The position numbers and the translations under genes are program-made. A stretch of 63,402 bases of DNA, filler included, from Reticulomyxa filosa (Eukaryota; Protista; Foraminifera): assembly GCA_000512085.1 (NCBI GenBank). It is 19 parts of 19 records of this genome, joined end to end, with 100 filler letters (N's around TTAATTAATTAA, not from the genome) between each part and the next. Parts side by side here need not be neighbours in the genome. Positions count along the whole stretch, not along the records: positions 1 to 4,346 come from ASPP01039574.1; positions 4,447 to 6,630 come from ASPP01004723.1; positions 6,731 to 10,884 come from ASPP01001384.1; positions 10,985 to 12,298 come from ASPP01007700.1; positions 12,399 to 13,966 come from ASPP01007758.1; 14 more parts are not named here. One strand, written 5' to 3'. How positions within the stretch are numbered: position 1 is the first letter of the stretch; the number at the start of each line of letters is the position of its first letter. Shown piece after piece: positions 1 to 12,420 of this stretch. The notes beneath the pieces are model-generated. The model ran no database searches, was not told where the DNA came from, and worked only from the letters and a program-made list of their open reading frames with translations.

Positions 1-3000
1 ATCAATTGATGTTTCATTTTCCAAAAAACCATGTTCAATCAAATATTTTTCTTCATCAATAAATTCACTTGTTTCTAAATACATGATCCCAAGACGTTGA
101 ATTTCAATTTTACGAGCATTTACCAATAACTTGTTCACAAGATTTGTATTGTCATTTTGTAGGCGTTTAAGCAAGAAATTAAAAAGGGTTGAAATTGAAT
201 TAAGAAAAAATAGTACGCCTTCACTCATAGTGCGAATTTCCCTGAATAGAATCAATTCCCAAAGAGATAGAGTCATTTGCACCAACCATTGTCCAGGTTG
301 GTTTTCAGGGACATGTTCTTCCACATGTGCAATTTTGGAACAGATAGAGATCAAATATACATAATAGGAAATGATATAACGATAATAATGTATGGTCACT
401 TCAGTCGTGGCAATAGTCAATTTGCCACACAATAACAATGCCATAGACACAATCACATTTCGTAGAATGATTTGTTGATTTCGAGTATGTAAACGTGATG
501 AAAATTCAAATCGAACCAAATCCATTGCATATTCATGAGTTACTTTCAGAGAATAACCCACTTCCCAATTTGTTAACTCGTCATTTCCAATTGGCATTTG
601 TTCCAACATTGTTGCGTGTAAACTTAGGCCATTGTTTGGTGATTTGGAATATTTCGAGAGTTGTTGTTGACACCATGAATGAATTGAATAACTAAATGGA
701 AAAGAACATTGCAAACAAGTTCGAATTGAATATAATTGAGGATTAATTGAAGCCAACAACAAGTGATTATAATCAATATTCACTGGTCTCATTTTGACTA
801 ATTCTTCATTTTGCAATGCTCTTTCAAATAATTGTTGATACTTTTTGTTCTTTTCACCTCTCTTTGTTTTGCCTTCGACATATTTCTTTGGATTATTGTT
901 TGTGTATTGCATATGTTATAAATGGTGACATAAACAAAAATAAAAAATGAAAAATGTAACGAAACTGCAAAACCACCATTTTGATAAACAGCAATTAACA
1001 CATTGACAAAAGTCAAAGTTAACAAAGTATCAATGACATCTTGATATCTTTCGAAAAAAGATCCCCTTTTCTTTCCACTTTTCGCTAAATTACACAAAAT
1101 ATATTCAATTGAATTGTAGGCCGCAATTTTGGACAAGAGGGTCTTTAATCTCTTCACAACGATGACTGCACATCCTTTATCCTTAAACAATAATGACAAA
1201 GATTTTCTTTCCTTCAAAGAATCAACGGAATGTGGAAAATGCAACTTTCCGAAAGCCCTGAGTGCATATCCGGATAAGTCCTATAAAGCAATAGACAGAC
1301 AATGCCCATCATTTATTCGAAAGAATAGGAAAAAGTATTTTTTACTTGTTTGAGTTGTCTATCAATCGCGCTTGCTACTTGTTCTTTCGAATCTTTTTGC
1401 GATAATATCGTGTCCGTTGATAATAAATAATCAACGTAAATGATATCCCATTTCCTATTTTTTTAAAAAAGAGGAACTCCACTTTTATTTTAGCAAAAAA
1501 GATTATTTTTTGTTAACTGTCGAAATATCAAAGGAAATGGTGATTTTTTGCTGGTATGGATCAGTAAAATAATCAATTTATGTTTTTTACTATTTGTTGG
1601 TTCATTATAAAATATGTGATGTCTGAGCTGAAGAATATGTATGATTTGTTCCAATTGATATTTACGTTTGGGTGTGTAACGACATTGCAAAATCAAAACA
1701 TCTCCTGAGATCTCATTGTTGAAAAATTCTTTGACTGTTTTTTCAAATTGATCAACTTTTTTGAACGATGCGATTTCCTTTGTACAGTGAATCCACTCTA
1801 TTGGGATGTTGCGCTCCGTGTCATTCGTTATTATCATTGCCATTTGATCTTTGGAGTTCTTTTTCTTAGCCTCCACAATTGCTCCCTTTTTTTTGCATTT
1901 GTATCAACAAACATCAAGCATTTTTTAAAAACGCAGAAAAATGTTGTTTTTCAAAAAAAAATATTTTACTTAACCAATGAATAAGATTGTATATCTTCAT
2001 AACGCTGTATTTTCACAATTTCCTCTGGTTGACACAATGGACGAAATAAATCAAGTAATTCTAATTTCAATTCATTTCTATCAAATGTAATGTAATTTAA
2101 ATTCTTATTTGATATTTGTACTTGTTCCTTTTTTTCATCATCTTTGATATCATCTGTTTGCATTGCTTTTTGTGCAGCCAAATAAAGTAATGCCGAGAAA
2201 ATAGTATCTTCACAATATCCACAAAATAAATCCGATAATCTTCTTACTTTAAATGCTTCCATCAACACTTTCTTTGCATATTCGACATGTTGGTTGATAT
2301 TGGATGGCAATGAATTGCGATATGAAATGAATTGTTTCTCAAAACGACTGAGAAATGCAATCTTTTTTATTTTTAGATTTATATTAAATATGTTTATGTT
2401 ATGTGTATACATTTGGCATGTTCACAAAAAAAAACAAAAGTAAACTGGCATATTTGCGCTGTGAACATCCTCTTTCTGAACCACAACAACACATTTGAAA
2501 TTTTCATGAATGTGACAATCTCTACTTTCAGTTCCCAATGCCACTCGACAATACACATTTCCTGTTTATTTTAAATAAGTGTGATTTTGTTTCCACTAAA
2601 AAATAAAAAATAGATGAAAATACCTGAAGGTCTTGTTTGATATCTCTGATTCAACATGTCATACAAACTTTCATAAATACTTTCCAAATTGTGTAAAATG
2701 ACAGTTTTGCCAGTGTCCATACAATCAATAATTTTATTCAATTGATTGTAATTGGAAATATTTGAATACATGTCTTGAGGAAAATAACTCTTAAATAAAA
2801 ATATTTGATTGAAATTCAAAATATTGTATTCCAAAAGTAATTGCCAAGAATAATATTCTTCGCTAGTTATCATACAATGCCGACTCACCATCAAATCGTC
2901 TGGTGACTGACCACGTTTCTTCTCCATTAAATTTCTTTCCACACACATGACAGGAGTCCATTTCTTCAATTCTTGGATAACTTCACTTTCAGTCCTGTTC

Positions 3001-4346
3001 AGTACTTCCTTTAAAATCTTACTCAATTGTTTTCTATAATCACTATGATCAAGTCCACCAAAATTACGAAGATAACCTTCTAATGACTGTCTGCTGGATT
3101 TTTCAGAATGAGTGGCTTGATGCTTGATTAGTGCATAAAAATCACGTACTCCAAAGAAATCACTATTTCCATTGGGTTTGAATGTATTCTTACGATCTTT
3201 CATTATCCTTTCATACACTGTTATTATATTTATAATTGCCTGATTTGAAAATGTGGAATTTGAATTTTCGAGAATGGCTTTTGCTGTTTTCATCAATCCA
3301 TTGTGATCCATTAAAGGAATTGAATGCACAATCATTCGATTCATTTTGGCAGCATCCAAAGACCAATTTGAAACACCAACAAATGAAATTTTGGGATGTT
3401 CCAATAATTGATGTAAAATTTTTAAAGGATTGTATGGCGATTGCTCTGCCAAACCAATTTCATCAAATAAAAACAATGTGGTAGTAGTTTTGTCATTGGA
3501 ATATTTTTCAGTATGATCCCATAATTCTTTGATAGCACTTGATTTGCAATTTCTTGTACCTTGGAATGAAATACATTGCAATGGCTTCACATTGAAATGG
3601 AATTTATTATCTTTCAACTTTTGATGAAACTGTTTAATGTTGCGATGACATAATGTATTAAGCAGAATCTGCAAAGATAAAGTTTTGGAAGTGCCAGGCT
3701 TGCCAACCACTATCACTGGTGTGGATGTGGCCACACAGAAAAATAATATAAATAAATTTTCTTTTAAAGTATTGTGCAATGCTATTTGGGATGGTATTTC
3801 AAATGATTTCGATAAATTCCTTATTTCAATATCCAATAACTCTGAAAAAGAACGATTGTTTCTTTGATGCATTAGATTATTGTACATTACTCTTCCCCTC
3901 TCATTCAATCGAAAATAATAACACAATCCCAATGCAATATTTAGCGCCCTGTCTGTCCATAGTGATGTTTTGTCCTTTTCCAGTATTGTTTCATATTGTT
4001 TCATTAACCAATAGAAAAAATTGAGACATCTGCTCACATCACGCAATGAGACAATGAATTCACTAGCCAAATGTTCACGCAAAAAACATTGAGACGCAGC
4101 AATATCCCCTGCAATTTTAAATGCCCACTTTTGAATTTTTTGATAAACAACAGTGTTTTTATCAAATTTGCATTTGATTTGTTTGGTCATTGCTTGAATG
4201 TATTGCTTTTCATCCAATTCAGACAATTGACCAAAGGGCCAAACATATTCTTTCATGGTATCACATAAAGGAACAACACGATACATCCATTTGTTTAATG
4301 GATCGTTCTTATTCGTTATGTCACTGGTTTGTACTTTTCGTGGTCG
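1..4346 (-). CDS. RNF213/mysterin-like AAA+ ATPase, multi-exon internal fragment
   Basis: Motifs YRVVPL..YVWPFGQL, VSLRDV, Walker A GKPGTSKT, Walker B FLFDEIGLAE, GVSNWSLDAAKMNR, FFGVRDFYALIK, NFGG and GKTVILHNLESIYESLYDMLNQRY match the RNF213 AAA core. GT-AG intron at 2623-2562. The frame below ~800 looks disrupted. Confidence 0.88.
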
Positions 4347-4446
4347 NNNNNNNNNNNNNNNNNNNNNNNNNNNNNNNNNNNNNNNNNNNNTTAATTAATT
4401 AANNNNNNNNNNNNNNNNNNNNNNNNNNNNNNNNNNNNNNNNNNNN
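4347..4446. other. Artificial contig spacer (first of 18)
   Basis: N44-TTAATTAATTAA-N44, with stops in all six frames. The same spacer starts at 6631, 10885, 12299, 13967, 15168, 22328, 31155, 33755, 37105, 40965, 44260, 49366, 51502, 56165, 59230, 60815 and 62267. Confidence 0.99.
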
Positions 4447-4729
4447 AATAATTAGAAAAAAAAAAAGCGACAACGAGAAAAAAGGGAAAAAAAAGACAAA
4501 AAGTGTAAGATAAAATAAATAATTGGAAAATGAAAAAACGGGAAATTGCTCCCGACGACAATGAAATGAGGATCGCCGCTTTATATTCGCTCGCGTTGGA
4601 TTCGAGTTGACCTTAGTGTTGAACGTGAAGCGCAATGAACCTTTGGCGAACTCAAAAATCGACTCGAACAATGGCACTAAAGAAGATGATGGTAATGAAG
4701 AAAAGAAAAAGGATAAGTCAGTATCGAAT

Positions 4730-6610
4730 CGGAATGTTTTTGAATTTGGTTATGAAATTGTCCTTCGTGTCCGAAAAAGCGCAACTTCGTCACTCGTGGG
4801 CGTGGACTAACTTACCATATCGTGAACCAATGAAAAATGCTAAAGGATTGTGCAAATGTCGGGCAATGGAAACTCAAATCATTAGAAGATTATTTGCCTT
4901 CAACGTAGGCGCACAAAGGCCATGCGGATAACTCTTGGTAGCAGCGCCAAAGATTGAGTCGAAATTTGATCTACATGTTTAAATGAATGAAAACTTGGTC
5001 GTTATGGAAATGATCAAAAGCTGTTCGTATGCGTACGAATATTCGCAACGTTAGATTTCGAATCGTGCATCTAGTGATTGGAGAAATCGTAAGCTCGCGA
5101 AACATTTGGCATTGTCGATCGGTGAAGAAAGAGATGGAGTTTATTGCATTTCCTGGCTCAATCGCTACAATAGTTGTGTGCCTTGCGTTTGTCTAGCAAG
5201 CGCCTGTTATCTTTGCTGAACTGCATCCGGGATCAACTTGGACTACAGACGACGTGTTGGACGGCATTCAAGAAAGAAAAAAGAAGAACATCGAATACGT
5301 CTAATGATATAGAAAAAAGTGAAAATGGTACAATCACTCATTGCAAATGCTCAAATTCATTCGATCAGTTCAAAGTGTGTCTCTAATCACAACGGCGACG
5401 AGAGCAGATGGACTTGTAGTTAGAAGACATATCGATATTAAGTTAAAACAGTTGGTAAGATTATCACATATCAACTGCAGATAATATAGACCCTGGTGCC
5501 GCCAGAATATAAAAGCAAGTTCGTCAAGAAGAAAAAAGACGGCGATATCAAACAAAGTGAAAGCGTGTCGACGTTATGGTGTAGCAGCGGCGGCAGCGAC
5601 TGGACCGACCAAGAAGTGGAAAACGATGGAGAAAATGACGTGAAAGTTGTTAGAAAAGTCGACATCACGATCAAGCAAATTACTGCATCGTGTGAATCAT
5701 CCCCATGCAAGAATGGTCCAATTTAGTGTGCGAAACTCACAAGACACAGGCAAGCAAGAATAGTAAGCTTAGTAGAAGGAGTACGAGGATGATGACGATG
5801 AAGATAAGAAAAACGATATCAAGTCCGAATTTCGTTGGACTTGTTTGAAAGGAAAAAAAAAAAAAAAACAGTCAGTAGGCCGGCTTTGTTGAATTTGGCG
5901 ATGAAAATGTTCTTCATTTCCAGAAACGCGCAAATTCGCCACTCGCATGCATAGACTAACTTATCATGTCGCGCGCCCAATGGAAAGTGCGAGTGTGGCA
6001 ATGTCAAGCAGTGGCGACCCAAAGCATTGGAAAGAACTTTTTATAAGCACAAAAGTTTCTGCGGATAATTGTTGGTGCGACAAAGCACCAAAGAAGACGT
6101 CAAAATGCAATCCACTTGCGCCAACGAACAAGAAACACTCTGTCGTCATGGAAACGGCGCTAATTTTGCTGATCCAGAGATTGAATACTTGCGCTTGAAA
6201 TTAGTCGTGTGTGCGTGCGCACATGCGCAACTTGGATTTTTAGTCATGAGATCGCAGCGACATTGATCATTGTCAATAGGTAAAGAAAGATAGAGAGATT
6301 TGTTGCATATAATCTTTGCGCAACTGTCTCCGGGATCGGCTATTGACTACGGACGACGCGTTGGAGGACGGTACTCAAGAAATAAGAACAATAGCGAGAA
6401 TATGTCCAAAAAAGAAAATATAAAATGATATCATCCCTCATCGGATCGTCAATTAAAAAAATTATTGAATGGAACAAATGGTAATAGATTGGAGAATTTC
6501 CAGCAAACGACTATTATCAAATGCCATAAAGTGTATCTCTCATTACGAGGGCGACGAGATCGGATGAATTTGGTATTTTATGAAATATCAATTTATAAGA
6601 TGCAATTGGA
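4730..6610 (+). repeat. Degenerate tandem duplication, period ~1.15 kb, no intact ORF
   Basis: Collinear similar blocks at 4740/5889 (ttgaatttgg..atgaaa), 4780/5929, 5228/6331 (cgggatc..gactac.gacgacg.gttgga) and 5372/6528 (aaagtgt.tctct). Confidence 0.75.
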
Positions 6611-7263
6611 ACAGTTGGGGAAAAAAAAAANNNNNNNNNNNNNNNNNNNNNNNNNNNNNNNNNNNNNNNNNNNNTTAATTAATTAANNNNNNNNNNNNNN
6701 NNNNNNNNNNNNNNNNNNNNNNNNNNNNNNCTAAATGATGATAATTTCAGAAGAGATAAGAAAGAAATATATCAAAATTATTCTTCTTTTTGTGGTAATT
6801 CATCTTTTGATTTTGCAGTGGTGCTAGTTCATTGTGATACAACACGCTTGCAAAAATTTATTGAATCTATTTATAACAATATTCAGCAACAAGGAAGAGC
6901 AAGAGAATTTGCATAAAGAGATGCAACTGCTTACTTTAATGCATACTGTGAAATAACAATTATTTTTGTGAAGTGCACATAGTATTCGAACTTGCAAAGA
7001 TTAAAATTGTAAGTTGTCTAACTAAATGATGATACATTTCAGAAAGAAAATCTTAAAAAATACGCAAATAAAAATAAAAAAAATTTAATGTTTGGCTGAG
7101 CTTTTTTTTTTGAATTAATAAATAAAAGGTAATAAAAGTTTTGGCTTCGATAACAGTACAAATGAACCCTTTTTTGATATGAACAGGTCCTTTTGCAAAA
7201 TTAAACAAAAGAGGTGTCATATTGCTCCAAAAAAAAAAAATGTCAAGATTTTTGTAGTTTCTA

Positions 7264-8900
7264 TCATTTCGATTGTTTATGATATCTTTCGCTGTAACTT
7301 GTGTGATTGGATCGTTTTTTCCCAGTCTCACTCATTTGCCACTGTGGTGAACTCTTTCGATTTGTTGTGTCTAAGAGCTCTTCGGATTGTGTGGTAAAAC
7401 TTATTTCTTTGCAGCTGTCTGTGGATGTGGTATGATGGACTTCCATTCGGCGCTGTGCATCTTCATACAATTTTTTCCATCGTGGCTTGGTTTTTGATGG
7501 TTTTACAATTTGCATATCTGGTTTCAAACCGTTTGGTGATCCAGAGCTTTCGGATCTATTTCGTACATGATCAAAAAACACATTTGTTGATGACTCCAAA
7601 TTTTGCTTACTTCCACTCTATTTTATCACTATACCTATTTCCTAGTGATGGCTCCGATTCAAACCACTTTCTATTACGACTTTTAATTTGGGGATGAAAA
7701 GTGCATTCATTTAATTCTTGTTGTAACTTTTCTTGCTCTTGTCTTGCCTTTGCTTCTTGCCACTCGTTTAATCTTTCCTCTTTTTTTTTGGTCGGAATAT
7801 TAAATAATCGATCAATAAACTGTTTTTCGCTGGCTTGTTTTTTCTTGTTCGGTCCGTTGTCAGTATGAGTCTCATTTGCAATAAGACTTTTATTTCGGGA
7901 ATCCACATCAATGGCAACTGTGGGTTGCCCACTTGTATTGCCTCCACTATTTTTTGTGATAGAAGCAATACTTAATCGTTGCATCCATTCTAGGAGCCAT
8001 ACAAAGTCTTTTTTCCTTTTGAATAGTTTCATGTTGGCACTGTGCTTTTCGGCGTTTTCAAGAATTTTTTGTTTTGAAAAGCAATAGTAAATTTGTTCAA
8101 AATATACAATATCGTCAATAAATTCTTTCAGCTTTTCAGCTGGAATTTGGTCTTCTTCTTTCCATATCACGTCATTAGAGTCAGTGTTTTTTTCAGAAAA
8201 AAAAATATCGCTTAGTTTTCGCAAAAATGGATCCGAACGACTGTCCGACACAACTTGTAAATTTTTTAGTGCGCTACAGACAGTTTGCATATTATGGATT
8301 TTGTCTGTTTGTTCACTGGCTGTTTTCACACCTAGAGCCTGTTCTAAAGACCCCCTTAAATTTGACTGAATTATAAGTATGGATTTTTTTTGCATTTTGC
8401 ATTTGTTTCTTAATCTCTCTTCATTCTCAAGGAATTGCATTTTCTTTTTTTGGCGACTTTGTTGCAAAGATATGTGAGTGGAATATAAACGGTTACTGAG
8501 TTGTTGAATTTCTTGTGCGCTCAGTTTTTTATTAGAGCTAGACTGTTATTCCCCAAAAAAAAATGCACATATTCTTTTACCTTAATGAAACAAAACGAGC
8601 AAAAATAGAACAAAAAAATGAACAAACTTTTGCAGGTATTTTTTGAGCTTGTATGGTATACAAACGATTCCACACGTTACTTGGAGGGCGAGCTTTGATT
8701 GAGTGTGAACTCTTGCAAGCAGACTCTTGTTTGTGCATGTTGGAGTCACAAGCGTCAACTAACTCATCCGTCTTGCTTACAGTTTTTTTTGCATTTTTTT
8801 GTGGATTTGGGGATATCATTTGGGAAGCGGCTCTTTGGAAGCTTGGATTGTGAAGGGACTCCAAATTTTCGGATTTTCTGATAGTCAACACAACAAGCTT

Positions 8901-8931
<31 letters not shown>

Positions 8932-9793
8932 CAGTTTATTTTTTCATTAAAGTTAACTTGTGAAAATATTGCCGTTGTTTGACAAGTACGCTTGTAGACT
9001 TGCATTGCCGAAGCTTTGAGATTCAAATCAAAACAACCACTTGTGGGAATAATACACATAAATGCACTACATATATTTTTCGCTTATTATTCTAATATTG
9101 TCTCAGATGAGATACTCTTGTCCATTTTTCAGAAAAAATATATTTCGAAAGGAAATCCAAAGAAGATGAAACGGAGTACGTATAAGAGCCTGTCACAAAA
9201 CTCAACTGAAGGCAAGGCTCTTTTTTTTGTAGTTGTTGTTTCTATTGCCTTTCCAACAGTTTGCTGAAATAAATCTTGAAATTTTTCTAAAATTACATCA
9301 ACTTTTTCGCTTTCCTTTTCGTTCTTGTTTTCTTTTTCATTCATATTTGTATTTGGTGTTGTAGTTATGTAGGCATGTTCCTCTTTGTCATCATTTTTTT
9401 GAATAGCTCCTTCAAACTTTTTTAGTTGTCATATAGACAAATGTTTTCTTTCTTTCAAGCTATCATTTGAAAAAATTCAACACGTTTTCAAAACTGCTGA
9501 TCTCAGTGTCTTTGAGTCAATCCATTCTGTTGCTGTTGGATTTTCTTGCGCTCGTGTGTCAATGTTTATTGGAGATTGTAAATCTTCAGCACTTGTCAAT
9601 AGAGAGTTAGAGAAAGCCTCTCTGTCACTTTGCCGATCATGTTGAGTATTGTTTCCATCGGCTGGTGGTTGTATCAACGGGTCAAGATTTTTTTTTCCAT
9701 CATCTGGGGGATCTGAGGCGTTTTCGTCCTCGGCTCCTGACGAGGAAATATCGGAAACTGAAATTTCACTGTTTTCATCTTTTTTGTAGACAC
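7264..9793 (-). CDS. Multi-exon hypothetical coiled-coil protein
   Basis: Successive minus-strand ORFs (9477-9677, 9129-9344, 8577-9059, 7607-8467, 7264-7599) separated by intron-like tracts. Repeated VWNRLY/FIDRLF/RWKKLY motifs and an ECTFHPQI motif. Start and exon limits are approximate. Confidence 0.55.
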
Positions 9794-10497
9794 ATGTACT
9801 GTTTTCTAAAAGTATTATTTAATGTTCACTTTTTTTTAATGCTTTCAAACCTAAGCACGCTATAGGAGACAAATTTTCTGAAAATTCGCTCTCACACATT
9901 GTTAACACAAAGGAAAATCAGAATATCCAAACAATCTATAAGCTCTAGTCCAACATGAACATTGGCACGTCGCTATCTGATTCTCTCGGGCAAAAGAAAT
10001 TAGTTATGAAGCAAGACTGTGTCACACATTATTTGGCTAATTTCTGTTAGAAAAATCAAACGCATACCTCTCGATCAAAGAGAAAGATTATTAAAAACAA
10101 TAATGGCCGAACTTAAATAATAAAACGAGACAATTTTTTAAAATGATATAGCCATCTAAAGAGACTTCGATCTAAACTATTTGGCAAACAGTCCCTTAAG
10201 TATGCACATAAAGCACTTGATTACTGTGTGACACTTATTTAGTTGGTTAATCAATTAATTTTTTTAGCTGGTTCTTTTAAAGTTAGATCTGACACAAGAA
10301 ATTTTGTGCTTCCGATCGGTTGCAGTCTAAATTAACAAATGTAATTTTTTTTTCAAATTCAAGATGTATGAAACAAACACAAGTCCAAAGAGTACCGACT
10401 TGTAACTTTTTATTCGTAGCTCCCCTTTCGCATGTGAGGTGTTGAATGTGCCAAGATAATATTTAAGCGAAAAAAAATAAAATAAAATAAAATAAAA

Positions 10498-10884
10498 ATG
10501 CAATCTCATACTGCGACAACTGGTTTACATGCTACTCGCCGTCCAGCTCGGTCAAACCCTAGCCCGAACACCGCCCCACCGAACACTGGACCACTTCCCA
10601 CTCATCCAACGAACATCGTCACAGCAACGCGACCGGTGAAGAAGAGAAGGGGATGGGGCAATAGTGCATGCGACTGTCTGACATTTCCTTTTCGACAATG
10701 GACAATCCGACGAATGTTGATTGCATTTGGCATTTGTTGGTTATGTTTAATCCTTGTGTTCGTCATGAGGACATTTCGAGTTGTGGACAGCACCCCACCT
10801 GCAACAGTTCCTGATAGCCAGCCCTTGATTGGGTTGGTGAACACTCTAAAAAAAGGTTCTTTTTTTTTTTTTTTTTTTTTTTAA
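10498..10884 (+). CDS. 5' exon of a type II membrane protein (possibly a Golgi enzyme), partial
   Basis: P/T-rich tail, basic patch and a single TM helix (MLIAFGICWLCLILVFVM), then a poly-T intron-like tract at the contig end. Confidence 0.5.
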   Translation: MQSHTATTGLHATRRPARSNPSPNTAPPNTGPLPTHPTNIVTATRPVKKRRGWGNSACDCLTFPFRQWTIRRMLIAFGICWLCLILVFVMRTFRVVDSTPPATVPDSQPLIGLVNTLKKGSFFFFFFF

Positions 10885-10984
10885 NNNNNNNNNNNNNNNN
10901 NNNNNNNNNNNNNNNNNNNNNNNNNNNNTTAATTAATTAANNNNNNNNNNNNNNNNNNNNNNNNNNNNNNNNNNNNNNNNNNNN

Positions 10985-11068
10985 GGTGCGAAAGGAGAGA
11001 CTCGAACTCTCACGCCGTGAGGCGCTGGAACCTAAATCCAGTGCGTCTACCAATTCCGCCACTTTCGC
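10985..11068 (-). tRNA. Bacterial tRNA-Leu(TAG)
   Basis: Reverse complement GCGAAAGTGGCGGAATTGGTAGACGCACTGGATTTAGGTTCCAGCGCC...GTTCGAGTCTCTCCTTTCGCACC. Anticodon arm CTGGA-TTTAGGT-TCCAG, long variable arm, encoded CC(A) cut by the contig end. Confidence 0.96.
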
Positions 11069-11227
11069 ACGCACGGCATTGCTGCCGTCGAGGTGGTGCA
11101 TAATAGAACAGGCGGCATGTTTTGGCAAGTGTCGATATCAAATAGCATCGTGGTGGAACTTATGTAACAATATGTAGTCCATGACAATTGTAGTCCCTAC
11201 ATAACACGCGCGAGGAGAACCGTCGCC

Positions 11228-11917
11228 ATGCAACCGAACCTTCACACTGCTTACAAAACCACCGCGTACAGCGGCGCAAGCCATAAGGTTCTTCGTAATA
11301 CCTACGGCCTGCTGGCCCTGTCCATGGTGCCCACCGTTATCGGCGCGGCCATTGGCGCCAACATGAACTTCGCCTTCATGGCCGGCAGCCCCATCATGAG
11401 CATCCTGATCATGATGGCCGTCATTTACGGCCTGATGTTTGCCGTACAAGCCAACCGCAATAATGCGCTGGGTGTGCCGCTGATGCTGGTCTTCACTTTT
11501 GCCATGGGCCTGATGCTGGGGCCGTTGCTGCAAGTTGCGCTCAAGTTGGCCAACGGCGCACAGCTGATCATGGTTGCTGGCGGCGGCACCGCAGCCGTGT
11601 TTGCCGTGATGGCTGGCATTGCCACCACCACCAAGCGCGATCTGTCTGGCATGGGCAAGTTCCTGACCGTTGGCGCTGTGGTGCTGATGGTGGCCGTACT
11701 AGCCAACATCTTCCTGCAGCTGCCGGCGTTGGCGCTGACCATCTCCGCCGCGTTTGTACTGTTCAGCTCGCTGATGATCCTGTGGGAAGTGAAAAACGTA
11801 GTTGATGGTGGCGAAACCAGCTACATCTCTGCCGCGCTGGGCATTTACATCAGCATCTACAACCTGTTTACCAGCTTGCTGCACCTGCTGATGGCTTTTG
11901 CAGGCGATCGCGACTAA
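11228..11917 (+). CDS. yccA: Bax inhibitor-1/YccA family membrane protein (bacterial)
   Basis: KVLRNTYGLLALS start motif, 7 TM helices, GGETSYISAA and YNLFTSLLHLL. AGGAG RBS upstream. GC-rich and intronless. Confidence 0.93.
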   Translation: MQPNLHTAYKTTAYSGASHKVLRNTYGLLALSMVPTVIGAAIGANMNFAFMAGSPIMSILIMMAVIYGLMFAVQANRNNALGVPLMLVFTFAMGLMLGPLLQVALKLANGAQLIMVAGGGTAAVFAVMAGIATTTKRDLSGMGKFLTVGAVVLMVAVLANIFLQLPALALTISAAFVLFSSLMILWEVKNVVDGGETSYISAALGIYISIYNLFTSLLHLLMAFAGDRD

Positions 11918-11942
11918 ACAGATAGCTGTAGCAGTAGCCATG

Positions 11943-11974
11943 AAAGCGCCGGCCTTGTGCCGGCGTTTTTGTTT
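11943..11974 (+). terminator. Rho-independent terminator
   Basis: aaaGCGCCGGC-cttgt-GCCGGCGTtttt hairpin with a T-tract, just after the yccA stop. Confidence 0.8.
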
Positions 11975-12030
11975 GCTGTCACTCGTGAAAACGTACATAA
12001 TCAAAATAACCATTTCACAGGCGTAATGCC

Positions 12031-12298
12031 ATGCTCGATATTGTCATCAGTGCCTTCCTGGCCGCCGGCGCAAGCGGCGGTGCCGTCTGGCTATGGCTGA
12101 AGCCGCAGCGTGATGCTGCCTATATGCAGGGCAGGGCAGAGGTTGAGCTGGAGCTGGCGCAGCTGCAAGGCCAGTGGCAGCACGCCCGCGAGCAGTGGCA
12201 GCAGCTACAGCAACGGGAAGCCGACACCCGCCTGGCACTGGATGACACGCGCCAGCAACTGGCGGAAAGCCAGCAGAAGCTAGCCAGCCTGGCCAGCC
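12031..12298 (+). CDS. Bacterial TM plus coiled-coil protein, RmuC-like N-terminus, partial
   Basis: N-terminal TM helix followed by a Q/E/L-rich coiled coil. Truncated by the contig end. Confidence 0.5.
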
Positions 12299-12420
12299 NN
12301 NNNNNNNNNNNNNNNNNNNNNNNNNNNNNNNNNNNNNNNNNNTTAATTAATTAANNNNNNNNNNNNNNNNNNNNNNNNNNNNNNNNNNNNNNNNNNNNTA
12401 TATTATATATATATATTATA

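Noticed and set aside
4391-4402. TTAATTAATTAA recurring 18 times as a biological repeat
   Set aside because: It is always centred in identical N-runs, so it is an artificial six-frame-stop spacer. ORFs ending in X...LIN are artefacts of it.
10937-11177. Short ORFs overlapping the tRNA
   Set aside because: They are spurious translations of the tRNA-Leu gene.
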